A stretch of 64,000 nucleotides of DNA, taken from contig JBDREQ010000063.1 of the NCBI GenBank assembly GCA_043819555.1, positions 1 through 64,000 on the forward strand. Direction: 5' to 3'. The DNA comes from Candidatus Zixiibacteriota bacterium. GTDB lineage: Bacteria; Zixibacteria; MSB-5A5; GN15; JAAZOE01. The position numbers and the translations under genes were made by a program. Shown here one piece after another: positions 30,795 through 40,700 of this stretch; positions within the stretch are counted from its first letter, which is position 1, and every line of letters starts with the position of its first letter. The notes under the pieces were generated by a model that was not told the DNA's origin, ran no database searches, and saw nothing but the letters and a program-made list of their open reading frames with translations.

Positions 30795-31721
30795 TTAATA
30801 AAACGACTTCAAGAAATCAACATCATCATCCTCAGGACGGGTATGCCAGCGGTTGTGCATCCAGATCCATTGTTCAGGATGGTGACGAATAATTTTCTCG
30901 ATTTCTTCGGTCATGCGGCAGGTGACCTTATAAATATTTTCCCGACTCCGTTCGCGCGATTCAATAGTTAATTCTTCACCGATGACAATCCGGTATTTCC
31001 CTCCCGGATATGACAAACAAAAGATCGGCAAAAATGCGGCGCCCGATAACAAACCGAGTTGCGTCGGTCCGGTAGGAGTTTTGGCCAGGCGTCCATAAAA
31101 CGGAGTCAGCTCGCCACCGACGCGAAACGAATCGGTATCTATTAAAAAACCGATGATGTAATTGTCTTTCAGCAACCGGAGAATATCTCGGGGCGAGTCA
31201 TCAGTGCGGACATTGATAATATCCATAGCCGTACGGTTGGCGATCAGCAATTTGTCGAGCCGTTTATCATATAATTCCCGCCCGATGACGGCGGCTTTGT
31301 ATCCCGACTGCGCCACCCAAGCGGCGAGAAGCTCGAAATTCCCGATATGCCCTGTAAAGGCAACGATGCCCTTGCCTTTTTGATACACTTTTTTGAGATT
31401 CCCTTCCCCGATGATTTCAATATTGGGCCGCATCTGGGTCTGATAATAGCGGCGCATTCTCATATCTTCAAGAGCCACCCGTCCAAATGTTTGAAAGCAT
31501 AACCGGGCAATTTCTTTTTTGCGGCGATAACTCAGGTTGTTCCCGTAAGCCCGGTCCAGATTGAGATGTGTTTTATGGCGTTCTTTTTTTATGAGAAAAT
31601 ACGCCGCCGCTCCCAAAAACTCGCCGAGGAAAAGAGTAATGAACCGCGGGAGAAAATTTATCAGCCAAAAAAGAACACGGGCGCTGAAATAAGCAACATT
31701 GTTTTTGAGTTTATTCGCCAC
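30795..31721 (-). CDS. Lipid A late acyltransferase (LpxL/HtrB family)
   Basis: GHIGNFEL, GFLID, PFYG, PEQWIWMHNRW; follows the kds genes. Confidence 0.9.
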   Translation of the reverse strand: MANKLKNNVAYFSARVLFWLINFLPRFITLFLGEFLGAAAYFLIKKERHKTHLNLDRAYGNNLSYRRKKEIARLCFQTFGRVALEDMRMRRYYQTQMRPNIEIIGEGNLKKVYQKGKGIVAFTGHIGNFELLAAWVAQSGYKAAVIGRELYDKRLDKLLIANRTAMDIINVRTDDSPRDILRLLKDNYIIGFLIDTDSFRVGGELTPFYGRLAKTPTGPTQLGLLSGAAFLPIFCLSYPGGKYRIVIGEELTIESRERSRENIYKVTCRMTEEIEKIIRHHPEQWIWMHNRWHTRPEDDDVDFLKSFY

Positions 31722-31738
31722 GGGAAATCACCGAAACC

Positions 31739-32698
31739 TCACACCAGTTTCGATTGCAGGATATCATGCAGGTGGATAATTCCAATCGGCCGGTTATCAT
31801 CATTGACCGCCACCAGAGCCGTGATTTTATATTTTTCGCATATCGCCAGGACAGTATCGAGAAGGGCATCGGCTGATATCGTTTTGGGATATTCCGACAT
31901 CATCTGCGATATCGGGAGTTCCATAAAGCCGTTGCCTTTTTCCGAAACGCGGCGCAGGTCGCCATCGGTAAAAATACCGGCCAGTATTCCATCATCATCG
32001 ACAATCACAGCCGTGCCGACCATCCCATGCGACATCGAGATAAGCGTTTCCTGCACTGTCGCCGATTTTTTGACGAGTGGAATCTTATCACCGGTGCGCA
32101 TCACATCGGAAACCCGGAGCAGCAGCCGCCGCCCAAGCGATCCACCGGGATGCAGCTGGGCAAAATCATCCTGAGTGAATCCCCGCTGCTGGAGAAGAAC
32201 CACCGCCAGGGCATCGCCCATTACTCCCGCCGCGGTGGCCGATGAGGTCGGAACAAGATTGTTGGGGCAGGCTTCGTTGGGAACCGAACAATCGATAACA
32301 ATATCGGCCCTCTGCGCCAGAGGCGAATCGGTTTCGCCGGTCAGGACAATGATTTTAATTTCCAACCGTTTGAAAGCCGGAATAATATGGCGCAGTTCTT
32401 CGGTGCCGCCTGATTTGGATATGGCGATGACGATATCCTGATTGGTAACGATGCCCAAATCGCCGTGTATGGCCTCCGCCGGATGGAGAAAAATAGCCGG
32501 CGTGCCGGTTGATGAAAACGTCGCCGCGATTCTCTTGCCGATTATTCCCGATTTACCCATGCCGGTTACGATCACCCGGCCCGATGTTTCGAGAATGGCT
32601 TTGACGGCCATCTCAAAATTTTCATCCAACCGATCTACCAGTCCGGCGATGGCTTGTGATTCCTTGAGAATGACATCTTTGGCGGTTTTGAGAATCAT
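31739..32698 (-). CDS. kdsD: Arabinose-5-phosphate isomerase (KpsF/GutQ family, SIS plus CBS)
   Basis: GMGKSG, STGTP, HPAEAIHGDLG, PTSS, HPGGSLG, GIFTDGDLRR. Confidence 0.95.
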   Translation of the reverse strand: MILKTAKDVILKESQAIAGLVDRLDENFEMAVKAILETSGRVIVTGMGKSGIIGKRIAATFSSTGTPAIFLHPAEAIHGDLGIVTNQDIVIAISKSGGTEELRHIIPAFKRLEIKIIVLTGETDSPLAQRADIVIDCSVPNEACPNNLVPTSSATAAGVMGDALAVVLLQQRGFTQDDFAQLHPGGSLGRRLLLRVSDVMRTGDKIPLVKKSATVQETLISMSHGMVGTAVIVDDDGILAGIFTDGDLRRVSEKGNGFMELPISQMMSEYPKTISADALLDTVLAICEKYKITALVAVNDDNRPIGIIHLHDILQSKLV

Positions 32699-33246
32699 TT
32701 CGTAAAATATTCAATCGGTTTTTTACCGATTGCCTTGAAATACAGTTCAATAATTTCCCGCACAGCTCCCTGCCCGCCGTCGTATTTGGTAATGTAGTCA
32801 GCGACACTTTTTAAGTCATCATGAGCCGACGCCACCGCGATTCCGATTCCGGCGGCCCGCACGAGAGTCATATCCATAATATCGTTGCCGATAAATACTG
32901 TTTGTTTGAGGTCAAAGCCAAGCTTTTTCTTTTTCAAATAATCGCCGACGATGCGAGCCTTGTCACCGTGAGATTGGATGACGTGTTTGACTTTCAGGTC
33001 TTTCATGCGCGAAGTCGTAGCCGGGGAGGGGCGGTTGGACATAATTATAATCTCGAGCCCCGACCGCATCGCCAATACTATTGACAGTCCATCGCCGATA
33101 TGAAATTTCTTGAGCTCAAATCCGTCGGCGCCCACATAAATATGGTCATCGGTCAAAACGCCATCAACGTCAAGAATGATGGCTTTGATTTTTTTCAAAC
33201 GCAAAGTTAGTTGTCGTGTAGTGAGATATTTCTTTTGGGTCGGCAT
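32695..33246 (-). CDS. kdsC: KDO-8-phosphate phosphatase (HAD family)
   Basis: DVDGVLTD, F.IGDG, IGNDIMD, GGQGAVRE. Confidence 0.93.
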   Translation of the reverse strand: MPTQKKYLTTRQLTLRLKKIKAIILDVDGVLTDDHIYVGADGFELKKFHIGDGLSIVLAMRSGLEIIIMSNRPSPATTSRMKDLKVKHVIQSHGDKARIVGDYLKKKKLGFDLKQTVFIGNDIMDMTLVRAAGIGIAVASAHDDLKSVADYITKYDGGQGAVREIIELYFKAIGKKPIEYFTK

Positions 33247-34044
33247 CTATTTTCCAGCAATCTCCAAAATCTGTTCCAAAAGAGCGGGCATCTGATCGAG
33301 TGGCAGTTGCGTCGCCGAATCCGATTTGGCCCGCGACGGTTCCGGATGCGTTTCGACAAACAGACCATCAATGCCAACCGCGGCGGCGGCCCGGGCCAGA
33401 GAAACGATAAACTGCTTGTCGCCCCCCGAATAAGTCCCCATCCCGCCGGGACGCTGGACTGAATGAGTGGCATCATAAACAACCGGATAACCGAAACTGC
33501 GCATAACCTTAATCGAACGAAAATCGACGACAAGATTGTTGTAACCAAAAGTCGTTCCGCGTTCGGTCAGCATGATTTTCCTGCCGTTCTTCCCGGCCCC
33601 TTTTTCGGCGGCTTCTTTCATATTCTCCGGCGATAAAAACTGCCCCTTTTTAATATTGATCCATTTGCCGCTTGCGGCCGCCGCCCGGATAAGCTCGGTC
33701 TGGCGACACAAAAAGGCCGGAATCTGCAAAACATCAATATTCTTGACCAGATCGATTTCGCTCGTTTCGTGTATATCAGTCAACACGGGGAGGTCGCATT
33801 CAGTCCTAACCTTTTCGAGTATGCCAATTGCCTCGCCATCGCCGATGGTGGCAAAGGATTGTCCTGATGTGCGGTTGGCTTTGCGATACGATGATTTATA
33901 AATCAGCGGGAGTTTGAGCTTTTCGCACAGATTTTTCAGATATTCTGCCGTCTCGAACGTCGTCTGTTCATCTTCGACGACACAGTTCCCGGCAATAAGA
34001 AAGAAATTCTTCCCGATTCCAATTTTATCAATCAATTCACCCAT
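33247..34044 (-). CDS. kdsA: KDO-8-phosphate synthase
   Basis: KSSYRKANRTS, QIPAFLCRQT, KKGQF, ERG..FGYNNLVVD, DATHSVQ, ETHPEP. Start set at MGELID. Confidence 0.96.
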   Translation of the reverse strand: MGELIDKIGIGKNFFLIAGNCVVEDEQTTFETAEYLKNLCEKLKLPLIYKSSYRKANRTSGQSFATIGDGEAIGILEKVRTECDLPVLTDIHETSEIDLVKNIDVLQIPAFLCRQTELIRAAAASGKWINIKKGQFLSPENMKEAAEKGAGKNGRKIMLTERGTTFGYNNLVVDFRSIKVMRSFGYPVVYDATHSVQRPGGMGTYSGGDKQFIVSLARAAAAVGIDGLFVETHPEPSRAKSDSATQLPLDQMPALLEQILEIAGK

Positions 34045-34234
34045 AGACGGGAAATATATATTTATTCTCTCCGAGTGGCAAGTGGGAAAGCGGGGCAATC
34101 TAAAACACTAATATATTGAGGAAATACCACCTTTTTCAATTGTAGTAATTCCAACACATATCGCTAAATTTCAAAGTAATTTACATCATAAAATTGCGTC
34201 TACTTATAGGCATAATTGTAAATTAACACGGTAT

Positions 34235-34462
34235 TTAAACAGTTTGTCGAACGCGAGAAACATATTCCAAAATACCTTTTAATCCAAAGTGCCTTTCCCC
34301 TTGTGGAAGTTCAATAAAAGGCATCCTAAAATAATTCGCTGCAACTTTAGGAACAGCCATTACCTTTACTCGAAAACCGGGGAGTGATTCTAATTCTGAT
34401 AAGGCATTTTTATTTTCAGATTCATCAAGCCCGACAAAGAGCATCAACATTTTAGATTCCAT
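34235..34462 (-). CDS. Small hypothetical protein, possibly glutaredoxin-like fold without CxxC
   Basis: AGGAGG RBS; 75 aa; C-terminal MPFIELPQGERHFGLKGI resembles the Grx cis-Pro/beta-hairpin segment. Confidence 0.7.
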   Translation of the reverse strand: MESKMLMLFVGLDESENKNALSELESLPGFRVKVMAVPKVAANYFRMPFIELPQGERHFGLKGILEYVSRVRQTV

Positions 34463-34497
34463 TGTAATTTAAAACCTCCTAAATTATAGATATTTTT

Positions 34498-35734
34498 TTA
34501 TTCCGATAAAACCTTTTCAATGGCTTCATCTAATTCATTATATATTTTTGTTTTAGCCTCTGAGGGTATTGTGCCTCCCGTAACTTCCCCATATACCTTT
34601 TTGCATTCACCCTTTGTATCATGTTCGGGACTTTGCCAGATATGTATTGACAAATCTGTATTTCTCAATGCACAATCAATTTCAGCTTTCACACTTCGCG
34701 GTCTCTTATCACGGTACCAAGGATTAAGCACAAGAAGTCTTCTTGCTTGATTAACAAGCCGCAAATCACGAAATCTAATATCGGATAATATAATATCAAG
34801 GGCTCTTTCAACTTGGGTTTGCTTTAACTTAATATCATTGGGAATATCATTTTTTTTAGATAGGATAGGCCTATTTTTTAAAAAATCATCAATTATCCAT
34901 CTTAGTTTCCTATCAAATGAACTATATTTATCTTCGTCATTTTCATCTGCAGTATTGAGTTTTTTAAGAGGCAATTCATCAATAGTAAGGGGGTAGAAGA
35001 AGGAGGCCTCCGGCGTACCGGCTTCCAATTCAGAAACCCTATTTAGCCAAGAGTTAATTTCTTGGATGCCCGAAAAATCACCCGTGGCTTCCAATTCTCG
35101 AGGTTTTTTTATTGCATGAGAAACATAGATTCTTTTTTTTGTTAATTTTTCGCCGCTTAAAAGAGAAGTAATAGTTTTTACAGGGTGTTTTGTTGCCAGT
35201 AAAAAAATTAATTAATCTATTTTTCTCAGAAGAGAGTTGGTTCGCAATGATATCACCGACAATAGATTCTGCTCTTCTCGTTTCAATTAAATCAATTAGA
35301 GTCGGCCGAAGTGGGACGGCCGCATTCTCAGCACGGGATTCAGTACGATACCACATATCATAGACATCATCGATTAAGGTAATAATGTGTGTAAAACCAA
35401 TCTTTTTTAGAGGTTCAATCAAAACCGGAGATCTATTCGTAAAAAAAGGTCGCGCTAAAACAGCATGCATGGATATCATAATATCCGAGCTTTTGCTGAA
35501 ATCTTTTACAAGTTCGCCCCATGCAGAATTCCACAACCTTACCTGATCTTCTTCTTTTCCATCAAGGTAACGAAGAATATCTTCGGCAAATTGGCAGATA
35601 TAATCATGTTCGAAATCAATCACTTTAAGATCATTGCACGGCAACGTACCCTTTTTACCTTCTGAAACCATTACTTCCTGAACATACTTTTTGTCCACAC
35701 CAGTTGGACCAAGTAATAAAACTCTCATGGCCAT
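34498..35734 (-). pseudogene. P-loop kinase-like plus nucleoside 2-deoxyribosyltransferase-like fusion, interrupted by one extra base
   Basis: ORFs 35078-35734 and 34498-35094 join into one 411-aa frame if one T is removed from the T7 run (A7 at 35201-35207): ..INFLLATKHPVK..RIYVSHAIKKPRELEATG..; N-terminal LLLGPTGVDKK; C-terminal RDLRLVNQ..LLV..SVKAEIDCA. Confidence 0.75.
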
Positions 35735-36045
35735 AACATTAAATCCTTCTCAATTATACGAATGATTTTTCAATTAAGTCCATCTCATATAAATATCAAA
35801 TTAGTTTTTTGAAAGATGATTGGCAAGGGACAATTCCTTTTTTTCCTTAATTTGCCCTAATTTTTATTTTTACGTTCTGTCGGCGGCAGGTTGCCCATCC
35901 GGACGGTCTGGTGGCCTACTACAACTTATTGCTGCTGGTTCCAGTATAGAGCCCTTACATTATTCTATCATATTCCCTGCTATTTCATAAATCACCCGCA
36001 CTTGTAAGATGGAGTGTATTTCAACTGTACAATTGTCCGTAGGCC

Positions 36046-36126
36046 GTAGGGGCTCGTCGCGACGAGCCCGCATAATTGAACTGTTGCGCATCCCTCGCGT
36101 AGCGACAACTCCAGAGTTGTCGCTAC
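36046..36126. repeat. Cluster of GTAG-type REP-like palindromes
   Basis: GTAG plus perfect 20-bp palindrome GGGCTCGTCGCGACGAGCCC (36050-36069); GTAGCGACAACTC-CA-GAGTTGTCGCTAC (36099-36126). Confidence 0.75.
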
Positions 36127-36152
36127 ACATCCACAATCTGTGCTGTAGTCGT

Positions 36153-36269
36153 AATCACCACCAACTTTATAGCGGATAACCAAAAATGACAGAACAAAGC
36201 CAATTTGCTGTAACCGATAATTATATATCGCATTACACTGAATTTTAAGAAAAGAAATGTGGATAACTT
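36153..36269 (+). repeat. 117-bp direct repeat, copy 2 (contains a perfect DnaA box)
   Basis: Collinear with 30677-30793; TGTGGATAA at 36258-36266. Confidence 0.85.
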
Positions 36270-36330
36270 ATGAAAAACGAATCAAAATCGACATTTGTTC
36301 GTGGGTGTCGTGCGTTCTCTTGCGCCAACC

Positions 36331-37217
36331 CTACCCCTTCTCCTTCAGCATAAACCGCAGGCCCAGGATGATCAAAACCGTGCTTGAGATGGTTAGAAGG
36401 GTTATCACTTCGTCGAAGAACAGCAGCGCCAAAATCGACACGAAGATCGGAACGAGGCTATAGACAAACGACGAAGTGCGCGTTGGGCCGATTTGTTCAA
36501 TGCTGAGATTATAAAAGAAGTACCCAATAGCTGAGGCAACGATGCCCATATACAAAATTGAGTAAATTACGATCGCCGATAGTTCTAATATTTGATGGTA
36601 AGAGTTTTCGATTAGCGACAGGGGCAAAAGAATAATCACGCCCCACATTGCCGAATAAAAAGTTATCGTGAAGCCGGAGTATCTCTGGATCAATCGTTTT
36701 GTGATAAGAGCGTACACCGTCCAGCTGAGGACGGCGCAAAACATCAACAGGTCGCCGTGATTGAAATCCATACCGGTTAGAATTGATAGTTGGCCTTTGG
36801 TAATTAGCATCATTACACCCGTGAGGAAATCAAAATACCGATGTAGTTGGACAGGCGCAGTCTCTCTTTCAAGAATACAGCCGCGGCGATGCCAATAACG
36901 ACCGGCCCGCAGGCGTTGATGATGGCAGTATTGGAAATTGCCGTATAACGCAGGGCAATATAGAAAAAGAAATGATACCCGATAACTCCGGTCAGTCCCA
37001 GAATCCCCATCGGGATTTGATCGCGCGCGGATACTTTAAGAGTTGATAATTTATATTTGAAGATAAACAGTGATAGAAACAAAAAGGCAATGATGTACCG
37101 AATCAATGTGATTGTCAGCGGCGGCAGTTCGCTGATGGCGTATTTACCGGCAATGAAACTCCCCGCAAACGTAAGCGAGGCAATTATCGGCAAGAATATT
37201 TTCCGGAAATCGGCCAT
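36331..37217 (-). pseudogene. EamA/DMT transporter, frameshifted (1-nt deletion near 36825)
   Basis: Two half ORFs; adding one base gives ..ILISLTGVMMLITKG.. and a 295-aa ten-TM DMT (SFIAGKYA..PPLT...RY, NTAIINA, GDLL, IGPTRTS..LVP). Confidence 0.8.
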
Positions 37218-37333
37218 CCCGCAAAGATATATCGAACAGCCCAAAAGAGCAATAAATTCACCCATGCTAAAATAGTGTTACGGCGGGTTGCCTTAAAGAA
37301 AAATAATTAGTAGCTTCGGTTATTAATGCAGGG

Positions 37334-38419
37334 ATGCCAATGAAATTGGAACTACTCATAGATTCAGAAAATTTCTGGGGCAGATTCCGCGAAGATATCG
37401 CGGCGGCCCGGAATGCGATTTATATTCAGACCCTGTCTTTTGAGGGTGATTCTGTCGGGCGGCGACTTTCTGGTTTGCTCAATGAATCCCATGCGGTCGA
37501 TAAGCGAGTTATTGTCGATTATTACACCCGGCATATTCTCAGCGATAAGCTGCTATATTCGCCCCGAAATTTATTTGATTCCGAATTACACAATGAGAAA
37601 AAAGAAACGGCACGGATGATTGATGAACTAAGGGAGTATGGCACAAAAGTTAAGTTTGTCAATCCATTTGGGCCGCTGTTGATACATATCCCCGCTCGCA
37701 ATCATAAGAAAATAATTATTATCGATGATGAGATCGCGTACATCGGGGGCATAAATTTCAGCGAGCATAATTTTGCCTGGCATGATTTGATGCTGAGAAT
37801 CAGGAATAAAGATGTCGTTGATTTTTTGAAAAATGATTTTATGATGTCGTGGGACAGGAAGCATTTTGGAGGCCGCGGACAATTTGACAATATTGAGATA
37901 TTCAGCTTTGACGGCATGGAAAATAAAAAATCATTCGAGCCGATCATGAGACTAATTGATAATGCGCACAAATCAATCTATGTCCAGAGTCCTTATTTGT
38001 GCTTTCCATTTTCCGATAAGCTGGCCGATGCTTCCGGTCGGGGGATTGACGTAACGATTGTCTCTCCCGCTCAAAACAATAAGAAAACTCTGCGCAAATA
38101 TATCGAATGGGAATCGGCCCGATCGGGATTTGATTTGCGGATGTATCAAAACCGAATGACGCATATGAAGGCGATGCTGATTGACGATGAATATTTAATC
38201 GTCGGTTCGTGCAATTTTGATTGTTTCAGCTATTATTTTGAACAGGAGATTATTGCGGTCATATCCGATGCGGATATAATTGGCGAATTCAAAGACAAAG
38301 TCATTGAGATTGATAATTTCAATAGCATCCCCTATGATGGCAAGGCAAATAATTTCTCCGGCCGCCTGCTCCGCTGGGAGATGCAGGCCGTCAACGCCAT
38401 CGCGAAAATATTTAATTAG
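37334..38419 (+). CDS. Phospholipase D family/cardiolipin synthase (ClsB-like, no N-terminal TMs)
   Basis: Two HKD motifs: NHKKIIIIDD..GGIN and THMKAMLIDD..GSCN. Confidence 0.9.
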   Translation: MPMKLELLIDSENFWGRFREDIAAARNAIYIQTLSFEGDSVGRRLSGLLNESHAVDKRVIVDYYTRHILSDKLLYSPRNLFDSELHNEKKETARMIDELREYGTKVKFVNPFGPLLIHIPARNHKKIIIIDDEIAYIGGINFSEHNFAWHDLMLRIRNKDVVDFLKNDFMMSWDRKHFGGRGQFDNIEIFSFDGMENKKSFEPIMRLIDNAHKSIYVQSPYLCFPFSDKLADASGRGIDVTIVSPAQNNKKTLRKYIEWESARSGFDLRMYQNRMTHMKAMLIDDEYLIVGSCNFDCFSYYFEQEIIAVISDADIIGEFKDKVIEIDNFNSIPYDGKANNFSGRLLRWEMQAVNAIAKIFN

Positions 38420-40509
38420 TCCGGGCAATCCGGAATCGGAGCCCCCTTAAAGATAAAGTTAATCATGAAAACGATATCGGCGACGTTTACTCTGCCGTCA
38501 CCATTAACTTCAGCGGCTTCCCAGCAATTTACCGACGGACCTTTTTTGAAAACAAGATTTATGAGATAGACAATATCGGTAACATTGGTCACTCCATCAT
38601 AATTGGCATCGCCGGCATTGACGCAGCAAGAAGGTAGATTTATTGAATAGGATGCCAGCCCATATTGATCGACAACAAAAGCATAGCCATCAAAAACCGC
38701 AATTGCTTGAGTTTCACCGGAAAATGTCTTTTCAGCGATTACTTTTGGCAATCCGGGATTTTCCATATTAATCAGGGCCATTCCATCGTTTCCAACCGCG
38801 GCAAAAATATAATTGCCATACGGCGTGAGACCGTTGACATCCGAGTCAAATTGAATTCCCGACACGCCGGTTGGCGCCGCCGGATTGGTCAGATCGAAGA
38901 CTTCAAACCAACCCTGACTATGTCCGGTAACCAAATAACCATTGTAAATGATGGCGTCATTATAAAAAGAAACATGCGTCTGCAGGGTATCAATGACAAC
39001 CGGTTCGCTGATATTAGAAATATCGACAATAATTATACCGCTGGAATTAGCATGATAGGCAGAATTCCCGTTCACAGCAACACCCCAGGTTATGCCTCCT
39101 GTTCTATACAAAGCTACTAATTCAGGATTGGCAGGATTGGTTATATCGAGAATAATACTATTGCCATGATTACCAGCCATGAAGGCATAATTTTCATGCA
39201 GCGTAATTTCCTGTGGGGAGCTGTAAGAGTAAAAACCAATCGGGGATGGCTCTTTGGGATTTGAGATATCAAAAACATACAAGCCATTATCATCATAAGA
39301 ACCCGAAGCGACATATAAATAATTATCCCTGAGTGTCAGCTCAAAAGCACCCCCTGTCAAATAATCTCCGGATAAAGCAACAGGATCTTCGGGATTTGAG
39401 ATATCAACAACATTTAAATCTGATGGTCCCAATGCGACATAGGCATACAAACCATTCGTGACAACACCTCGGAATCCCCAGCTTCTGGTATCGGGTATGT
39501 CAATATCTACATACACGTCAGGATTAACCGGATTGGTCAAATCATAAATATGAAAATATCGGTCATAGTCGCTCACCCCAATTTTATCGCCAAAAAGAGT
39601 AATGGCATATGCCGTTTGTGGAAGATGATTGACAATCTCGGGCGCAGTTGGATCGGAAATATCGATAATGAAAAATCCACCATCGAGACGGTACTGATCG
39701 TACAATCCGTTAGCCATATAAACAAAGTCTCCCATTATTTGAATCTGACTCGGGGAATGAGCGGTTGTATCGTAATTGAGATGGCCGATTTGCAGGGGAG
39801 CGAGAGGATTAGTAATATTAAAGACATACATGGCAGAATCATTACAGATATAAGCCAGAGTATCGTCAATAGCGGCCGAGCGGGCGTATGGAGGAACAAT
39901 AATGGTGTTGATGCTGTCAGGTTGAGCAGGATCGCTTATGTCGCTAATGGTTAATCCCTTAGAAATCAACGAGTATAACAGGGGAGTTGGATTTGTATTG
40001 TCAAATTGAATAATAGTGCCGGCAATTTCCCCAACTTGTACCGGTGAAAGAGGGTTTGTTATATCATAAGTAGTAATCTTAGACATTGAACCTGTCACAA
40101 ATGCATAGTTGTCATAGATTTTAATAGTCACAGCATATCCGAAATCCCAGCTAAATTCATTTACCTTCAGAGGCTCGGAAGCGTCGGATATATCAAACAG
40201 CTGAAGTCCGACGGTGTTGCAACACAGGAAGGCGTAATTATCAACAATTGCTATTCCCGTCCCCTTGCCCTCGTGAAGGAAATACTTCGATATCAGTACC
40301 GGATTATCAGGATCGGATATATCGAGAATCATCAGACCGTGCTGCATGGCGCAGAAGGCGTAATTGTCCCGAACACAAACTTCACTAACATGACTCCACA
40401 GCGTACTCCCGGCATAGACAAATTCAATTGAATCAGCCGGTTGACCGGAGGAAATGCCGAACAATGCAAAAACACAGAAGAGAATCCAGAAAATTCTTGC
40501 GATGAACAT
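38416..40509 (-). CDS. Secreted LVIVD-repeat beta-propeller protein with C-terminal dockerin-like domain
   Basis: Many YAxV...GLxIxDISxPxxP repeats; tail CCVNAGDANYDGVTNVTD...EVNGDGRVNVAD. Confidence 0.9.
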   Translation of the reverse strand: MFIARIFWILFCVFALFGISSGQPADSIEFVYAGSTLWSHVSEVCVRDNYAFCAMQHGLMILDISDPDNPVLISKYFLHEGKGTGIAIVDNYAFLCCNTVGLQLFDISDASEPLKVNEFSWDFGYAVTIKIYDNYAFVTGSMSKITTYDITNPLSPVQVGEIAGTIIQFDNTNPTPLLYSLISKGLTISDISDPAQPDSINTIIVPPYARSAAIDDTLAYICNDSAMYVFNITNPLAPLQIGHLNYDTTAHSPSQIQIMGDFVYMANGLYDQYRLDGGFFIIDISDPTAPEIVNHLPQTAYAITLFGDKIGVSDYDRYFHIYDLTNPVNPDVYVDIDIPDTRSWGFRGVVTNGLYAYVALGPSDLNVVDISNPEDPVALSGDYLTGGAFELTLRDNYLYVASGSYDDNGLYVFDISNPKEPSPIGFYSYSSPQEITLHENYAFMAGNHGNSIILDITNPANPELVALYRTGGITWGVAVNGNSAYHANSSGIIIVDISNISEPVVIDTLQTHVSFYNDAIIYNGYLVTGHSQGWFEVFDLTNPAAPTGVSGIQFDSDVNGLTPYGNYIFAAVGNDGMALINMENPGLPKVIAEKTFSGETQAIAVFDGYAFVVDQYGLASYSINLPSCCVNAGDANYDGVTNVTDIVYLINLVFKKGPSVNCWEAAEVNGDGRVNVADIVFMINFIFKGAPIPDCPD

Positions 40510-40647
40510 ATTATTACTCCCAAAAACCCTTGCGTAATATCACTTTGATCAGTATGTAAATTTAATACATTTCGCGATTTAAGCAATAAATAATAATGCT
40601 GCACTAAAGTGACATTGCATGACTATATATTAAACGATTCCTGAAAT

Positions 40648-40679
40648 AAAAAAAGCCCCTGCGGCAAGAGGGGCTTTTT
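40648..40679. terminator. Intrinsic terminator after the S8 protease
   Basis: AAAAAAAGCCCCT-N8-AGGGGCTTTTT. Confidence 0.85.
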
Positions 40680-40700
40680 GCAAAGATATTTTATTTCAGC

